Assembly (NCBI GenBank): GCA_963732385.1
Contig: CAVSZB010000007.1
Span: 384,001 to 448,000 of the forward strand
DNA length: 64,000 nucleotides
Source of the DNA: an uncultured bacterium
GTDB lineage: Bacteria > Krumholzibacteriota > Krumholzibacteriia > LZORAL124-64-63
Direction: 5' to 3'
Position 1 is the first letter of the stretch. Each line of letters begins with the position of its first letter. Shown in pieces: positions 39,284 to 48,558 of this stretch. The notes beneath the pieces were generated by a model. That model was not told the DNA's origin and ran no database searches. It saw nothing but the letters and a program-made list of their open reading frames with translations. Position numbers and translations under genes: made by a program.

Positions 39284-41545
39284 TCACGGCGCCCCGGGCA
39301 GGGCGCCGGAAAGGATCCAACCGTAAATCTCGCGGTCGATCAACACCTTTTCCACATAGGTCCGGGTCTCGGCGTATCCGATCCAGGGCAGGAACAGGAC
39401 CGGTTCGGACCGCCCGCCCAGCTGGCGCACCCAGCGTCGCACCGCTTCGCCGCCGGCGTTGAAGCCGGCCGTGGCGCGATAGGGGTCGCCGTCGAAGGCC
39501 CGCGCGTTCTCCAGCAGCAGACGGGCGCCGGTACGCAGAGACATGACCGGCCGGCTCCAGACCGCCTCGCCCGCCGGCGCCCCCCGCTCCGGATAGTGGA
39601 ACGGCATGATCTGCAGCCAGCCGAGCGCGCCGGCGCGCGACCGGGCGCCGGGATCGAACAGGGACTCGTTGCGCGCCAGGGCCAGGATGAGCGCCGGATC
39701 GAGAGCGAGAGCGGACAATTCTTCGCGCAAAGCTCCCGGTCCCGGCACCGGGTAGAGCAGAAGCAGTCGATCCCGCTCGGGAAGCCCTGACGCCGGCAGC
39801 CCCTGCGCCAGGACCACGCCGGCATGCGGGTCGCCTGCGGCCAGCGCGAGTCCCAGGAGGACGTGGCGATCGGGCCAGGCGCGGGCGTCGGCCGCGCCGG
39901 GGGGCAGCGGCGGGCCGGCGGGCACCGCGTCAGGACCGGCGGTCCGCAGGCGTTCCCGCTCCAGCAGCCAGCGCACGGCGGCCGCTCCTGCGGGGTGTCC
40001 GCGCAGGAAACGACCGACGGCCACGCGCGCCAGCGCCTCGCGCGTGGCGGGAGTTGCGGCAACCGCGGCAGCGGCCAGGGCGTCGCGGTACTCGGTTGCG
40101 CGGGCGTCGGCAAGGCCGCCCACATACGTGTCGGCGAGGCAGGTTCCCCAGGCGAGCCACGCCTCCCAGGCGAGCGCAGCGGCGGGCCAGGGCGTTGCGC
40201 CGGCGGTCGACGCAGACAGGTCAATCGAGGCGGAGAGCCCCGCCTGCACGCGCCGGCGCGCACTGGCGAGGCGGCCCTCACGGACCGTGGTGTCGGGCGA
40301 CGCGCCTAATCCCAGCCGCGCCCAGGCCGGAGCGAGCGCGTCTCGCCAGCTGTCCCATTCCCCGGCCGGCAGTTCGGCGCGCGCCAATTCGCGGACCCTG
40401 GTCGCTTCGGGCACCTGCTTCAGCACCGCGGCCAGCAGGGCCACCTGCTGTGCCTGGATCGCGACCGGGGCTCGCAAGGCGGGATCACCGCGCGCCGCCA
40501 CGAACGCCCGTTTCAGGTCGGCCAGGGCCGGCGCCCAGGCGCCGGCCAGCGCGCGTTCCTCCGCCGCCCGTCGCCAGAGCCGAACCTGGCCGGAGGCATG
40601 GATGCCGGGGTGTGCGGCCCACGTTTCGGCCCACGACGGCTCCCAGCCGTCGGACCGCAGGCGGCCCCTCAGCCAGGCGTCCTGGAAGCGGGGATTGGTC
40701 GGCGGCACAGGGTGCCGCTTGAAATGGCGCTCCAGCTCCGGCCCGCGCGGCAGGCAGGCGGCGCCCACCGCGGCCCGGGCCTCGGGCGGGAAACCGGCGC
40801 GGTCGAGGTCGGCGGTGGTGAGCCCGGCGCCGGCCAGCCGCAACAGGAACAGCGCCAGCGCCTCATCCCCGCAGCCTGCCGGCAGCAGCGGGCGGGCACG
40901 GGCACGCTGGCGGGCGCGCCAGAGCGCCCAACCGGAATTGCTGTCGTAGGAACCGAGGGCGTACAGCTCCGGCCAGGGCGCCTCGCCCGCCGTGTCAGGC
41001 CGGCTGGTGGCGAGTTCGTGCAAGCGTCGCCAGCGGAGCGACCAGATGAAACGGGCATCGTCCGACAACGGAGGTAGTCCGGGCGCGGTCAGCAGACGTT
41101 CAGCCTGGACAGTAGCCGTTCCATAATTCTTTAAATGATAATTATTTAGTATGGAACATTGAAGTGATTCCTTGGACTCGGCCGCGGCGCTCCGGCTCGA
41201 GCCCAGGGCCGCCAGGGCGGCTCTCTCCCGTGCAGCCCAGGCGCCTTTTTCCACCGGGCCGCCGAGCGCCGCGTCGAGCAGGTCGTCGCTCGCCAAACCG
41301 GTTCCCGAAGTAGCCAGCCGCAACAGCGTGCTGTCGAGGCTGGCCCGCCAGAGGGAGTCGATGCGGCACGGGAGGAACAGATCGGCCGGCCAGCCGTCCG
41401 GCAGGGACATGCGTGGGGCCACAGGCCCGAAGCCGACGCGGAAACGTTCGCGAAAAGGATCGCGCAGCGGCGCGGCGGGTACTGCCCGTGCGGTGAGCAG
41501 GATCAGCCCCAGCAGCAGTGGCGCGGACAGGGCTGGGCGCTTCAT
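39284..41545 (-). CDS. Slt-like lytic transglycosylase (signal peptide, helical N-region, C-terminal SLT domain)
   Basis: LARNESLFDP.A.SRAGALGWLQIMP, GFNAG, IGYAETRTYVEKV. ATGA overlap with the upstream gene. Confidence 0.85.
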   Translation of the reverse strand: MKRPALSAPLLLGLILLTARAVPAAPLRDPFRERFRVGFGPVAPRMSLPDGWPADLFLPCRIDSLWRASLDSTLLRLATSGTGLASDDLLDAALGGPVEKGAWAARERAALAALGSSRSAAAESKESLQCSILNNYHLKNYGTATVQAERLLTAPGLPPLSDDARFIWSLRWRRLHELATSRPDTAGEAPWPELYALGSYDSNSGWALWRARQRARARPLLPAGCGDEALALFLLRLAGAGLTTADLDRAGFPPEARAAVGAACLPRGPELERHFKRHPVPPTNPRFQDAWLRGRLRSDGWEPSWAETWAAHPGIHASGQVRLWRRAAEERALAGAWAPALADLKRAFVAARGDPALRAPVAIQAQQVALLAAVLKQVPEATRVRELARAELPAGEWDSWRDALAPAWARLGLGASPDTTVREGRLASARRRVQAGLSASIDLSASTAGATPWPAAALAWEAWLAWGTCLADTYVGGLADARATEYRDALAAAAVAATPATREALARVAVGRFLRGHPAGAAAVRWLLERERLRTAGPDAVPAGPPLPPGAADARAWPDRHVLLGLALAAGDPHAGVVLAQGLPASGLPERDRLLLLYPVPGPGALREELSALALDPALILALARNESLFDPGARSRAGALGWLQIMPFHYPERGAPAGEAVWSRPVMSLRTGARLLLENARAFDGDPYRATAGFNAGGEAVRRWVRQLGGRSEPVLFLPWIGYAETRTYVEKVLIDREIYGWILSGALPGAP
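41118..41157. repeat. AT-rich imperfect inverted repeat inside the slt CDS
   Basis: GTTCCATA...TATGGAAC arms flanking/overlapping a 25-bp core (41124-41148) with 23 A/T. Confidence 0.7.
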
Positions 41546-44445
41546 CGCAGGATAACCACCCGGCGCGTGGCGCGCTCCCCGAGGCTCGTCTCCAGATGGA
41601 GCAGGTAGAGCCCTCCCGGAAGGGGGCGCCCCCGCTCGTCGGTTGCGTCCCAGACCAGCAGGCGCGCGCCGCCAACGAGCGGCCATTCGCGCAGGCGGCG
41701 ACCGCGCAGGTCGCAGGCGCGGAGCCGTCCGGCCGCGTCGGCCGGCAGTTCGACGAGCAGGCGCACCTCGCCGCCCGCGGGATTGGGATACGGCAGGCCG
41801 AGCCGCGGCGGAGCAACTGCGGCCCGCGGGGCGTCGAGCAGACGACCGCGGGAGGCTACCGGGCCGAGAGGGGTCTGCGCGATCACCCGGAAGAGACGGC
41901 GTTCACCGGACGCGGCGGCCCCCGCGATCTGAGCCGACAGGAGGTAAATCGCCGGGTCGGACGGTTCTGCGGCGGGAGGGCCCGACCACGCGGTCAGCCA
42001 GGTCACCCCGTTGTCCGTGCTGGTCTGGACGGTGAAGGCGGTGACCGGATCGTCCGCCGGCCACTGCCAGGAGAGTTCCCCGTCCGAACTGCAGGAGGTC
42101 GGGAAGGGGCCGCCGGCCGGCGCCGAGTCCGGTTGCGCGCGCAAGCGGGCCACGAACCAGCCCCGGCCACGGAACTGATCATCGGAAGCGAAGCGCAGGC
42201 GCAGGCGCACCGGCCCCGGCACGTGGCGCGGCGCGGCGATGTCGTCGACACGCCAGATGCAGGCCCCGCCTGGCGCCAGCGAGTCCTCCCCCGCGAAAGC
42301 GGAGCGTCCGTGCAGTCCCGACCGCGCCTCGGGCACGATGGCACCGCCGTAGCCGCCTGCCGGTTCGGCCGCCGCCACCGAGCCGTCGGCCATGACGAAC
42401 TCCACCAGGCCACCGTCGAAAGCCGCCCCGGGCCAGGCCAGCTCACCGTCGAGCGCATGCAGGAGACGCACGCCGGTGCCGGCCGGCAGCGGGCCCGACA
42501 CCAGCGCGAGATCGGCGTCGTTGGCGTAGCTGACGTCCGGCCAGGCCGAGGCGTCCGGCCAGGCCGCGCCGGTGCAGGCGAGCACCGGGCCGCCGTCGGC
42601 GCGCAGGGGAGCCCCCGCCTGCCAGCGGTGCCAACTGGTGGCTGAGGCGGACAGCGTCTCCTGGCGCCACTCGCCCGGCCAGACGGCGCCGAAGTCGAGC
42701 GGATCGGCCCCCTCGCTCCAGAGCCACTCGCGGGGGTACGTCTGCGCGAAGCCGGCGGAGGCGGTCAGGTGGATGGCGAAGCGGGTCGCCGCGGCGGCCC
42801 CGGCCGGGTCGCCGGCCGGGATCCAGGCGACCGGGGCGGCGGGACTCCAGCTCCGCGCCACCGGATCACGCACCAGCGGGACCGTCAGAGCGAGCGCACC
42901 GTCGGCGAACGCCCCCCACGGAGGATCGCCAAGGACCAGGATCTCGGCGGTCAGATCGGCGGTGGGGGGGCCGAGTTCGGTCGCCTGCAGAAGCAGCGGA
43001 AATACGCCGTTCGCCGGCGGCGCGAAGGCGAAATCCAGCGCGCAGGCTGGGGTAATGGCGTCAACCACGGACAGCGTGACGCCACCGCCACCGAGCAGCG
43101 CGATTCCGGTGAGTGCGACTTCGGTCGGACCGGTGTAGCCGTTGCTCGACGGCTCGGTCTCGGGCGTCAGGGCACGGTTGCCGGTCGTGCCGGGAAACAT
43201 GTCGGCAGAGCCACCGACGTCGAGACCGGCGGCCAGCCAGCCGTTGCCGTCCGCCTCGAGCAGCCGCACCCGCAGGTGGCGCAGGTCGGGATCGACGCTC
43301 GACTGCGCCTGTTCGGGCAGTTCGGCGTCGAGGTGGTACGCCACCAGACCTGGTTGCAGGTGCCCATCACAGACGGTCGGCCCCCCCCCGCCACGCGCCT
43401 CCAGCAGGAACGACTCGGCGCCGGTTTCGCCGCGGGTCCAGACCTGCCACACCTCGGCGCCCAGCGGCGGCGGGAGCAGTTCCGCGGCGCCGGCGCCGGG
43501 GAGGCCACGCTTGACGACGATGTCCCGCCAGCCGAGTTGGGCGGCGCTGTAGGCGTCCGGCAGCGCAGGGAAACGGCCGTCCGGGAGCAGCGCGCCGGCG
43601 GCCATCAGACTGAACACGCCGAGCCCGCCGACCCCGGCCAGATCGCCCCCCGTGACCGGCAGGAACGGATCGTAGCGGTCTTCGAGGCCGAGCAGGTGGG
43701 CGCTTTCGTGGGCCCAGACGCCGAGCGGGCTGCTCAGGCTGGCCACTGCATAGAAGCGGGCCAGGGTGCCGCGGTCGAAGACCGGCATGTCCAGGTAGTA
43801 CTGGAGCGCCTCGATGAGACCGGCGGCAGCGTCATTTTCGTTGCCCACATCGGTGTGCAGGATGAGGACACCATCGACCTCGCCGTCGTCGTCGGCCGTG
43901 CCGGGAAAGCCATCGGCGCCGTCATTGTCGAGACGGGAAAAGGCTAGGCCGGCCGCTTGCGTGGCGTCCAGCGAGGCGGTGGCTAGCAGGCGCGAGCGGG
44001 TGAAGCCGTTCAACCCGCGGTCGGAGTAGGCGGCGGTCGCCTCCGGCAGATGCACCAGCGGCGCCAGCACCAGATCCAGATCGGCACGTCCGCAGGAGGC
44101 GAGGCCGAAGTAGTAACGCAGCGTTGGCGGTTGCGGCAGCGCGGGACTTCCGCTCGGCAGGACGGCGGACGGACCGCTCAACAACGGCCCGATGGCCGTT
44201 CCCGGGTCCCAGTCGGCCGGCAGGCGCTGGTCGGCGAAATCGACCGGAATCACCAGCAGCGTCAGCCGGGCGGCAACGCCCAGCCGCTGCGCAGCGGCCG
44301 TGGCGGTGCGCACGGAGGCGCGGCGCGCCGCGCGCAGGAGCGTCAGCGCGGTGTCTGCCGGAGCAGTCCGCGTTGCCCGGGGCGTGGCCGCGGCTCCGGT
44401 CGGCAGGCAAAGAGCGCAGGCGAGCGCCAGCAGCGCACGTTTCAC
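41542..44445 (-). CDS. M6/immune-inhibitor-A family metalloprotease with C-terminal FlgD-Ig/T9SS-type sorting domain
   Basis: Signal peptide, LVIPVDFAD, DNDG.DG...DDDGEVD, HESAHLLGLEDRYD (HExxHxxGxxD), FSLMAAG, ESFLLEAR; C-terminus YPNP...WDATDERG...GGLY. Confidence 0.8.
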   Translation of the reverse strand: MKRALLALACALCLPTGAAATPRATRTAPADTALTLLRAARRASVRTATAAAQRLGVAARLTLLVIPVDFADQRLPADWDPGTAIGPLLSGPSAVLPSGSPALPQPPTLRYYFGLASCGRADLDLVLAPLVHLPEATAAYSDRGLNGFTRSRLLATASLDATQAAGLAFSRLDNDGADGFPGTADDDGEVDGVLILHTDVGNENDAAAGLIEALQYYLDMPVFDRGTLARFYAVASLSSPLGVWAHESAHLLGLEDRYDPFLPVTGGDLAGVGGLGVFSLMAAGALLPDGRFPALPDAYSAAQLGWRDIVVKRGLPGAGAAELLPPPLGAEVWQVWTRGETGAESFLLEARGGGGPTVCDGHLQPGLVAYHLDAELPEQAQSSVDPDLRHLRVRLLEADGNGWLAAGLDVGGSADMFPGTTGNRALTPETEPSSNGYTGPTEVALTGIALLGGGGVTLSVVDAITPACALDFAFAPPANGVFPLLLQATELGPPTADLTAEILVLGDPPWGAFADGALALTVPLVRDPVARSWSPAAPVAWIPAGDPAGAAAATRFAIHLTASAGFAQTYPREWLWSEGADPLDFGAVWPGEWRQETLSASATSWHRWQAGAPLRADGGPVLACTGAAWPDASAWPDVSYANDADLALVSGPLPAGTGVRLLHALDGELAWPGAAFDGGLVEFVMADGSVAAAEPAGGYGGAIVPEARSGLHGRSAFAGEDSLAPGGACIWRVDDIAAPRHVPGPVRLRLRFASDDQFRGRGWFVARLRAQPDSAPAGGPFPTSCSSDGELSWQWPADDPVTAFTVQTSTDNGVTWLTAWSGPPAAEPSDPAIYLLSAQIAGAAASGERRLFRVIAQTPLGPVASRGRLLDAPRAAVAPPRLGLPYPNPAGGEVRLLVELPADAAGRLRACDLRGRRLREWPLVGGARLLVWDATDERGRPLPGGLYLLHLETSLGERATRRVVILR

Positions 44446-44452
44446 GCCGCGG

Positions 44453-46003
44453 TCACTCCCACTCGATGGTCGCCGGCGGTTTGCTGCTGACGTCATACAC
44501 GACCCTGTTGATGCCCGGCACCTCGTTGATGATCCGGTTGCTGACGCGCGCCAGCAGGTCGGAGGGGATCCGCGCCCAATCCGCTGTCATGCCGTCGCGG
44601 CTGGTCACGGCGCGCAGGGCGACCACCGCCTCGTAGGTGCGCTGGTCACCCATCACGCCGACGGAGTGGATCGGCAGCAGGATCGCACCGGCCTGCCAGA
44701 TCCGCTCGTACTCCCCGCTGGTCTGCAACTCCTCGATGAAGATATGGTCGGCCGCCTGTAATAGACCAACCTGTTCCGGGGTTACCTCCCCCAGGATGCG
44801 CACGGCGAGGCCGGGACCGGGGAACGGATGGCGCATAAGCAGAGGGGGGGGAATGCCGAGCGCCCGTCCCACCGCGCGCACCTCGTCCTTGAACAGGTCG
44901 CGCAGCGGCTCGACGAGCCGGAAACCGAGCTTCTCCGGCAGCCCTCCCACGTTGTGGTGGGTCTTGATCGTGCTCGATGGCCCGCCGAGCGAGACCGACT
45001 CGATCCGGTCCGGATAGAGCGTGCCCTGCGCCAGGCAGCCGAAGGTCCCCTCCTCCCGCGCCGCCTGCTCGAACACCTCGATGAAGGTGGCGCCGATGAT
45101 CCGGCGCTTGCGCTCCGGCTCGGTCACGCCGCGCAGACGTTCCAGGAACATCGCGCCGGCGTCCACGCGGCGCAGCGGCCGGCGGAGTTGCGCGTTGAGC
45201 ACCGTCTCGACCGCGTCCGCCTCCCCCTGGCGCAGCAGCCCGTTGTCCACGAAGACGCAGTGCAGACGATCGCCGACCGCCCGGTCCACGAGGGTGGCCA
45301 CGACCGTCGAGTCCACGCCGCCCGAGACGCCGCACAGCACGTGGTCGGTGCCCACCGTCGCGGCGATCCGCGCCACGGTCTCGGCCACGAATTCCGCCGC
45401 CGACCAGCGCTCGGTGAGGCCGCACATCCCGCGCGCGAATCCCTCGAGCAGGCGCCGGCCGTGTTCGGTGTGCGCGACCTCCGGGTGGAACTGCACGCAG
45501 GCGAAGCGCCGCTTGGGATCGACCGCGGCCGCGAACGGGATCGACTCCGAGCGCGCCAGGACCGTGAACCCTGCCGGCAGCGCGGTGACGCGGTCGCCGT
45601 GGCTCATCCAGACCCGCTGCTGCGCCGGCTGGCCGGCGAACAGCGGACTGTCGGCCGTGACCGTGATCGTGGCGGCGCCGTACTCGCGCTGATCGCCCGC
45701 CTCGACGCGGCCGCCGAGGCGCCGGCACATCAACTGCATTCCGTAGCAGATGCCCAACAACGGTTTGCCGGCGACGAACAGTTCGTCGCCCACGTCGGGG
45801 GAGTCGGGGTCGGTCACCGAGGCGGGGCCGCCCGAGAGGACGATGCCGCGCACCCGCGGGTCGTCCAGCGTTTCGCGCCAGCGATGGAACGGCAGGATCT
45901 CGCTGAAGACCCCCAGTTCGCGCAGCCCCCTGACAATCAGCTGCGTGACCTGCGACCCGAAGTCGAGCACGACGATTCTGGCCTGGCCCGGCGCGGTGTT
46001 CAT
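44453..46003 (-). CDS. guaA: GMP synthase (glutamine-hydrolysing)
   Basis: LDFGSQ, GICYGMQ, QFHPEV, SGGVDS, QGTLYPD, IKTHHNV, KPPATIEWE. Confidence 0.97.
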   Translation of the reverse strand: MNTAPGQARIVVLDFGSQVTQLIVRGLRELGVFSEILPFHRWRETLDDPRVRGIVLSGGPASVTDPDSPDVGDELFVAGKPLLGICYGMQLMCRRLGGRVEAGDQREYGAATITVTADSPLFAGQPAQQRVWMSHGDRVTALPAGFTVLARSESIPFAAAVDPKRRFACVQFHPEVAHTEHGRRLLEGFARGMCGLTERWSAAEFVAETVARIAATVGTDHVLCGVSGGVDSTVVATLVDRAVGDRLHCVFVDNGLLRQGEADAVETVLNAQLRRPLRRVDAGAMFLERLRGVTEPERKRRIIGATFIEVFEQAAREEGTFGCLAQGTLYPDRIESVSLGGPSSTIKTHHNVGGLPEKLGFRLVEPLRDLFKDEVRAVGRALGIPPPLLMRHPFPGPGLAVRILGEVTPEQVGLLQAADHIFIEELQTSGEYERIWQAGAILLPIHSVGVMGDQRTYEAVVALRAVTSRDGMTADWARIPSDLLARVSNRIINEVPGINRVVYDVSSKPPATIEWE

Positions 46004-46022
46004 CGGCTCCTCCGGCGGCGGT

Positions 46023-47570
46023 TCAATGGCGGAAGTGGCGGCGCGCCGCCTGGATCAGCGTGAGGCCGCGCGCCGCAGCGGCCGCGGCCACCGCGGCGTC
46101 GCGCACGGAACCGCCGGGGGCAATCACGGCCGTGATCCCGGCGTCGGCCAACAGGTCGATGCTGTCGGGGAACGGGAAGAAACCGTCGGACGCGGCCACC
46201 GCGCCGCGCGGCTCGAAGCCTCGCTCGCGCGCCTTGTGCAGGGCGAGCCGGACCGCATCGACGCGGCTCATCTGGCCCGCGCCTACCCCGCGCAGTCCGG
46301 TCGCATCCGCCAGCACGATCGCGTTGCTCTTGACGTGCTTGACGGCGCGCCAGGCGAGCGACAGCGCCGCCCGCACGGCGTCCGTGAGGGGCGCCCCGGC
46401 GGCGGGCGTGGCCGTTGCGAGTTCGGGGAAGTCCTCATCCTCGTCCTGGTCGAGCCGCAGACGTCCGAAGGCGCGCGAGGAACCGCGCGTGGCGTCGAGG
46501 AACAGCCCCCGCTCCCAGGTCAGGATCCGCAGGTTTTGGCGGCGGCGCAGGATTTCGAGCGCCCCGGCCGGGAAGTCTGGCGCGGCGACGACCTCGGCGA
46601 ACCGCGCCGCCAGCAACGCGGCGGTCGCCTCGTCCACCGGTACCGAGAAGGCGTAGACCCCGCCGAACGCCGCGTCCGGATCGCACGCCAGCGCCCGTTC
46701 GAGCGCCGTCGCCGGCGTGTCGCCCACGGCAAGGCCGCACGGGTTGGTGTGCTTGATGATCGCGCAGGCCCCCTCCGGAAAATCGGCGGCCAGCTTGAGC
46801 GCGGCGACGAGGTCGACAAGGTTGTTGTACGAAAGCTCCTTGCCGCCCCACAGGCGCAGGCCGCAGTCGCCGAGCGCGCCGGCCAGATCGCGCGTCCCCG
46901 GCACGCTCAGGCGCGCGCCCTGGTGCGGATTCTCACCGTAGCGCAGCGGGATATCGACGGTCGCCGCGGGTGAAGGGCCGGCGAACCAGGCGGCGATGTC
47001 GGCATCGTACGCGGCGGTGCGGGCGAAGACGGCGGCCGCCATCCGGCGTCGGAACTCGAGACTGGTATCGCCGTCGTGACGTCGCAGTTCCCAGAGGAAC
47101 TCCTCGTAGTCGGCCGGCGAGCTGAGCACGGTCACGCGCGCGAAGTTCTTGGCGGCGGCCCGCAGCATGGCCGGCCCGCCGACGTCGATCTGCTCCACGA
47201 CGTCCGCCGCGGGAGCGCCCGCGCGCGCCGCCTCGGCGAAGCGGTAAAGGTTCACGCAGACCACGTCGATCGGCACGATCCCGGTCGCCGCCACCGCGGC
47301 GAAGTCCGCTTCGCGCACGCCGAGGATACCGCCATGAATCGCCGGGTGGAGCGTCTTGACCCGGCCGCCGAAAATCTCGGGGAAGCCGGTCAGATCGCTC
47401 ACCGAGCGGTGGGGAATGCCGTGGCTGGCGAGGAACGCCGCCGTACCGCCGCTGGCCACGAAATCGTAGTCGAACGACTGCATGACGGTGGCGATGTCGG
47501 CGAGACCGCTCTTGTCGGTGACACTGAGCAGGCCGCGACGGGCGCGTTTCAATCCAGGTATGGGCTCCAC
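46023..47570 (-). CDS. purH: Bifunctional AICAR transformylase/IMP cyclohydrolase
   Basis: LSVTDKSG, GGRVKTLHP, LRYGENPHQ, IKHTNPCG, KHVKSNAI, GAGQMSRVD, RHFRH. Confidence 0.96.
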   Translation of the reverse strand: MEPIPGLKRARRGLLSVTDKSGLADIATVMQSFDYDFVASGGTAAFLASHGIPHRSVSDLTGFPEIFGGRVKTLHPAIHGGILGVREADFAAVAATGIVPIDVVCVNLYRFAEAARAGAPAADVVEQIDVGGPAMLRAAAKNFARVTVLSSPADYEEFLWELRRHDGDTSLEFRRRMAAAVFARTAAYDADIAAWFAGPSPAATVDIPLRYGENPHQGARLSVPGTRDLAGALGDCGLRLWGGKELSYNNLVDLVAALKLAADFPEGACAIIKHTNPCGLAVGDTPATALERALACDPDAAFGGVYAFSVPVDEATAALLAARFAEVVAAPDFPAGALEILRRRQNLRILTWERGLFLDATRGSSRAFGRLRLDQDEDEDFPELATATPAAGAPLTDAVRAALSLAWRAVKHVKSNAIVLADATGLRGVGAGQMSRVDAVRLALHKARERGFEPRGAVAASDGFFPFPDSIDLLADAGITAVIAPGGSVRDAAVAAAAAARGLTLIQAARRHFRH

Positions 47571-48454
47571 GCAGCCGCCTCCTCCGGAAAGAGCAGCGCG
47601 AGCACCTCACGGTAGCGCGCGGCCGTCCGCCGCAGGATGTCGGCCGGCACGATCGGCGGCGGCGGCTCGCGGTTCCAGTCTGACGCGGCGAGATGATTAC
47701 GCAGGATCTGCTTGTCCCAACTCGGGGGATCCTCGCCCGGCCGGGTGGCCGCGGCGGGCCAGAAGCGACTCGAATCGGGGGTGAGCACCTCGTCGATCAG
47801 GGTGAGACGGCCATCGATCCGGCCGAACTCGAACTTCGTGTCGGCCACGATCACGCCGCGTGGCGCGGCCAGCGCGGTCGCTTCCCGATAGAGGTGCAGC
47901 GTCAGATCGCGCGTCGCCACCGCTGCCGTCTCCCCGATGAGGGCGCACGCGGCGGCAAAGTCGATGTTCTCGTCGTGCCCCTCCTCTGCCTTCGTCGAGG
48001 GGGTGAAGATCGGCTCGGGCAACTGCTGCGCCAGCAACAGCCCCGTCGGCAGCGTCACGCCGCAGATCGCGCCGGAGCGACGGTACGCGGCGAAAGCGGA
48101 GCCGGCGAGGTAGCCGCGCGCCACACACTCGATCGGCAGGCGTTCGGCCTTGCGCACCAGCATGCTCCGCCCCCCCAGTTCGTCCCGCAGCGCGCGGAAG
48201 GGAGGCGGAAATGCGGTGGGGTCGGCGGTGATCAGGTGGTTGGGCAGGTCGGGAAAACGCGCGAGCCAGGCGAGCGTCATCACCGTCAGAACGACGCCGC
48301 GCCCCGGCACAGCCTCGGCCATGACCACGTCGTAGGCGGAGATGCGGTCGGTGGCGACGATGAGCAGCTCATCGCCCAGGTCGAAGATCTCACGCACCTT
48401 GCCGCGGAAGTCGGGTTTGAGCCCGAGCTCGGAGGTGCTGCGCAGCGATCGCAT
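47549..48454 (-). CDS. purC: SAICAR synthetase
   Basis: GKVRE, TDRISAYD, ECVARGYLAGS, FTPSTKA, ADTKFEFG, DEVLTPDSSRFW. Confidence 0.96.
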   Translation of the reverse strand: MRSLRSTSELGLKPDFRGKVREIFDLGDELLIVATDRISAYDVVMAEAVPGRGVVLTVMTLAWLARFPDLPNHLITADPTAFPPPFRALRDELGGRSMLVRKAERLPIECVARGYLAGSAFAAYRRSGAICGVTLPTGLLLAQQLPEPIFTPSTKAEEGHDENIDFAAACALIGETAAVATRDLTLHLYREATALAAPRGVIVADTKFEFGRIDGRLTLIDEVLTPDSSRFWPAAATRPGEDPPSWDKQILRNHLAASDWNREPPPPIVPADILRRTAARYREVLALLFPEEAAAWSPYLD

Positions 48455-48529
48455 GGCGCTCCCTGCCGGGAAGGGACGGTGGCGGCCCCGGACTCGCGGC
48501 CGATGAATATGAGGGGCGAAACCGGCGGC

Positions 48530-48558
48530 ATCTTAGGGAGGGGCGCGGGGGGTGTCAA
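48530..48558 (-). promoter_or_regulatory. sigma70-type promoter for the purC-purH-guaA operon
   Basis: TTGACA-N17-TAAGAT; the -10 box contains the comEC stop codon. Confidence 0.75.

Noticed and set aside
41116..41158. AT-rich element as a canonical dif or parS site
   Set aside because: The best XerD-arm alignment is only 7 of 11 against E. coli dif, and gene orientation does not switch here. The GTTCCA/TGGAAC arms are 28 bp apart rather than the 2 bp of parS. Kept only as an unexplained element.
44440..44520. guaA 3' end as a genomic-island integration hotspot
   Set aside because: No integrase or duplicated guaA end follows, and the next gene starts 7 nt later with host-like composition.
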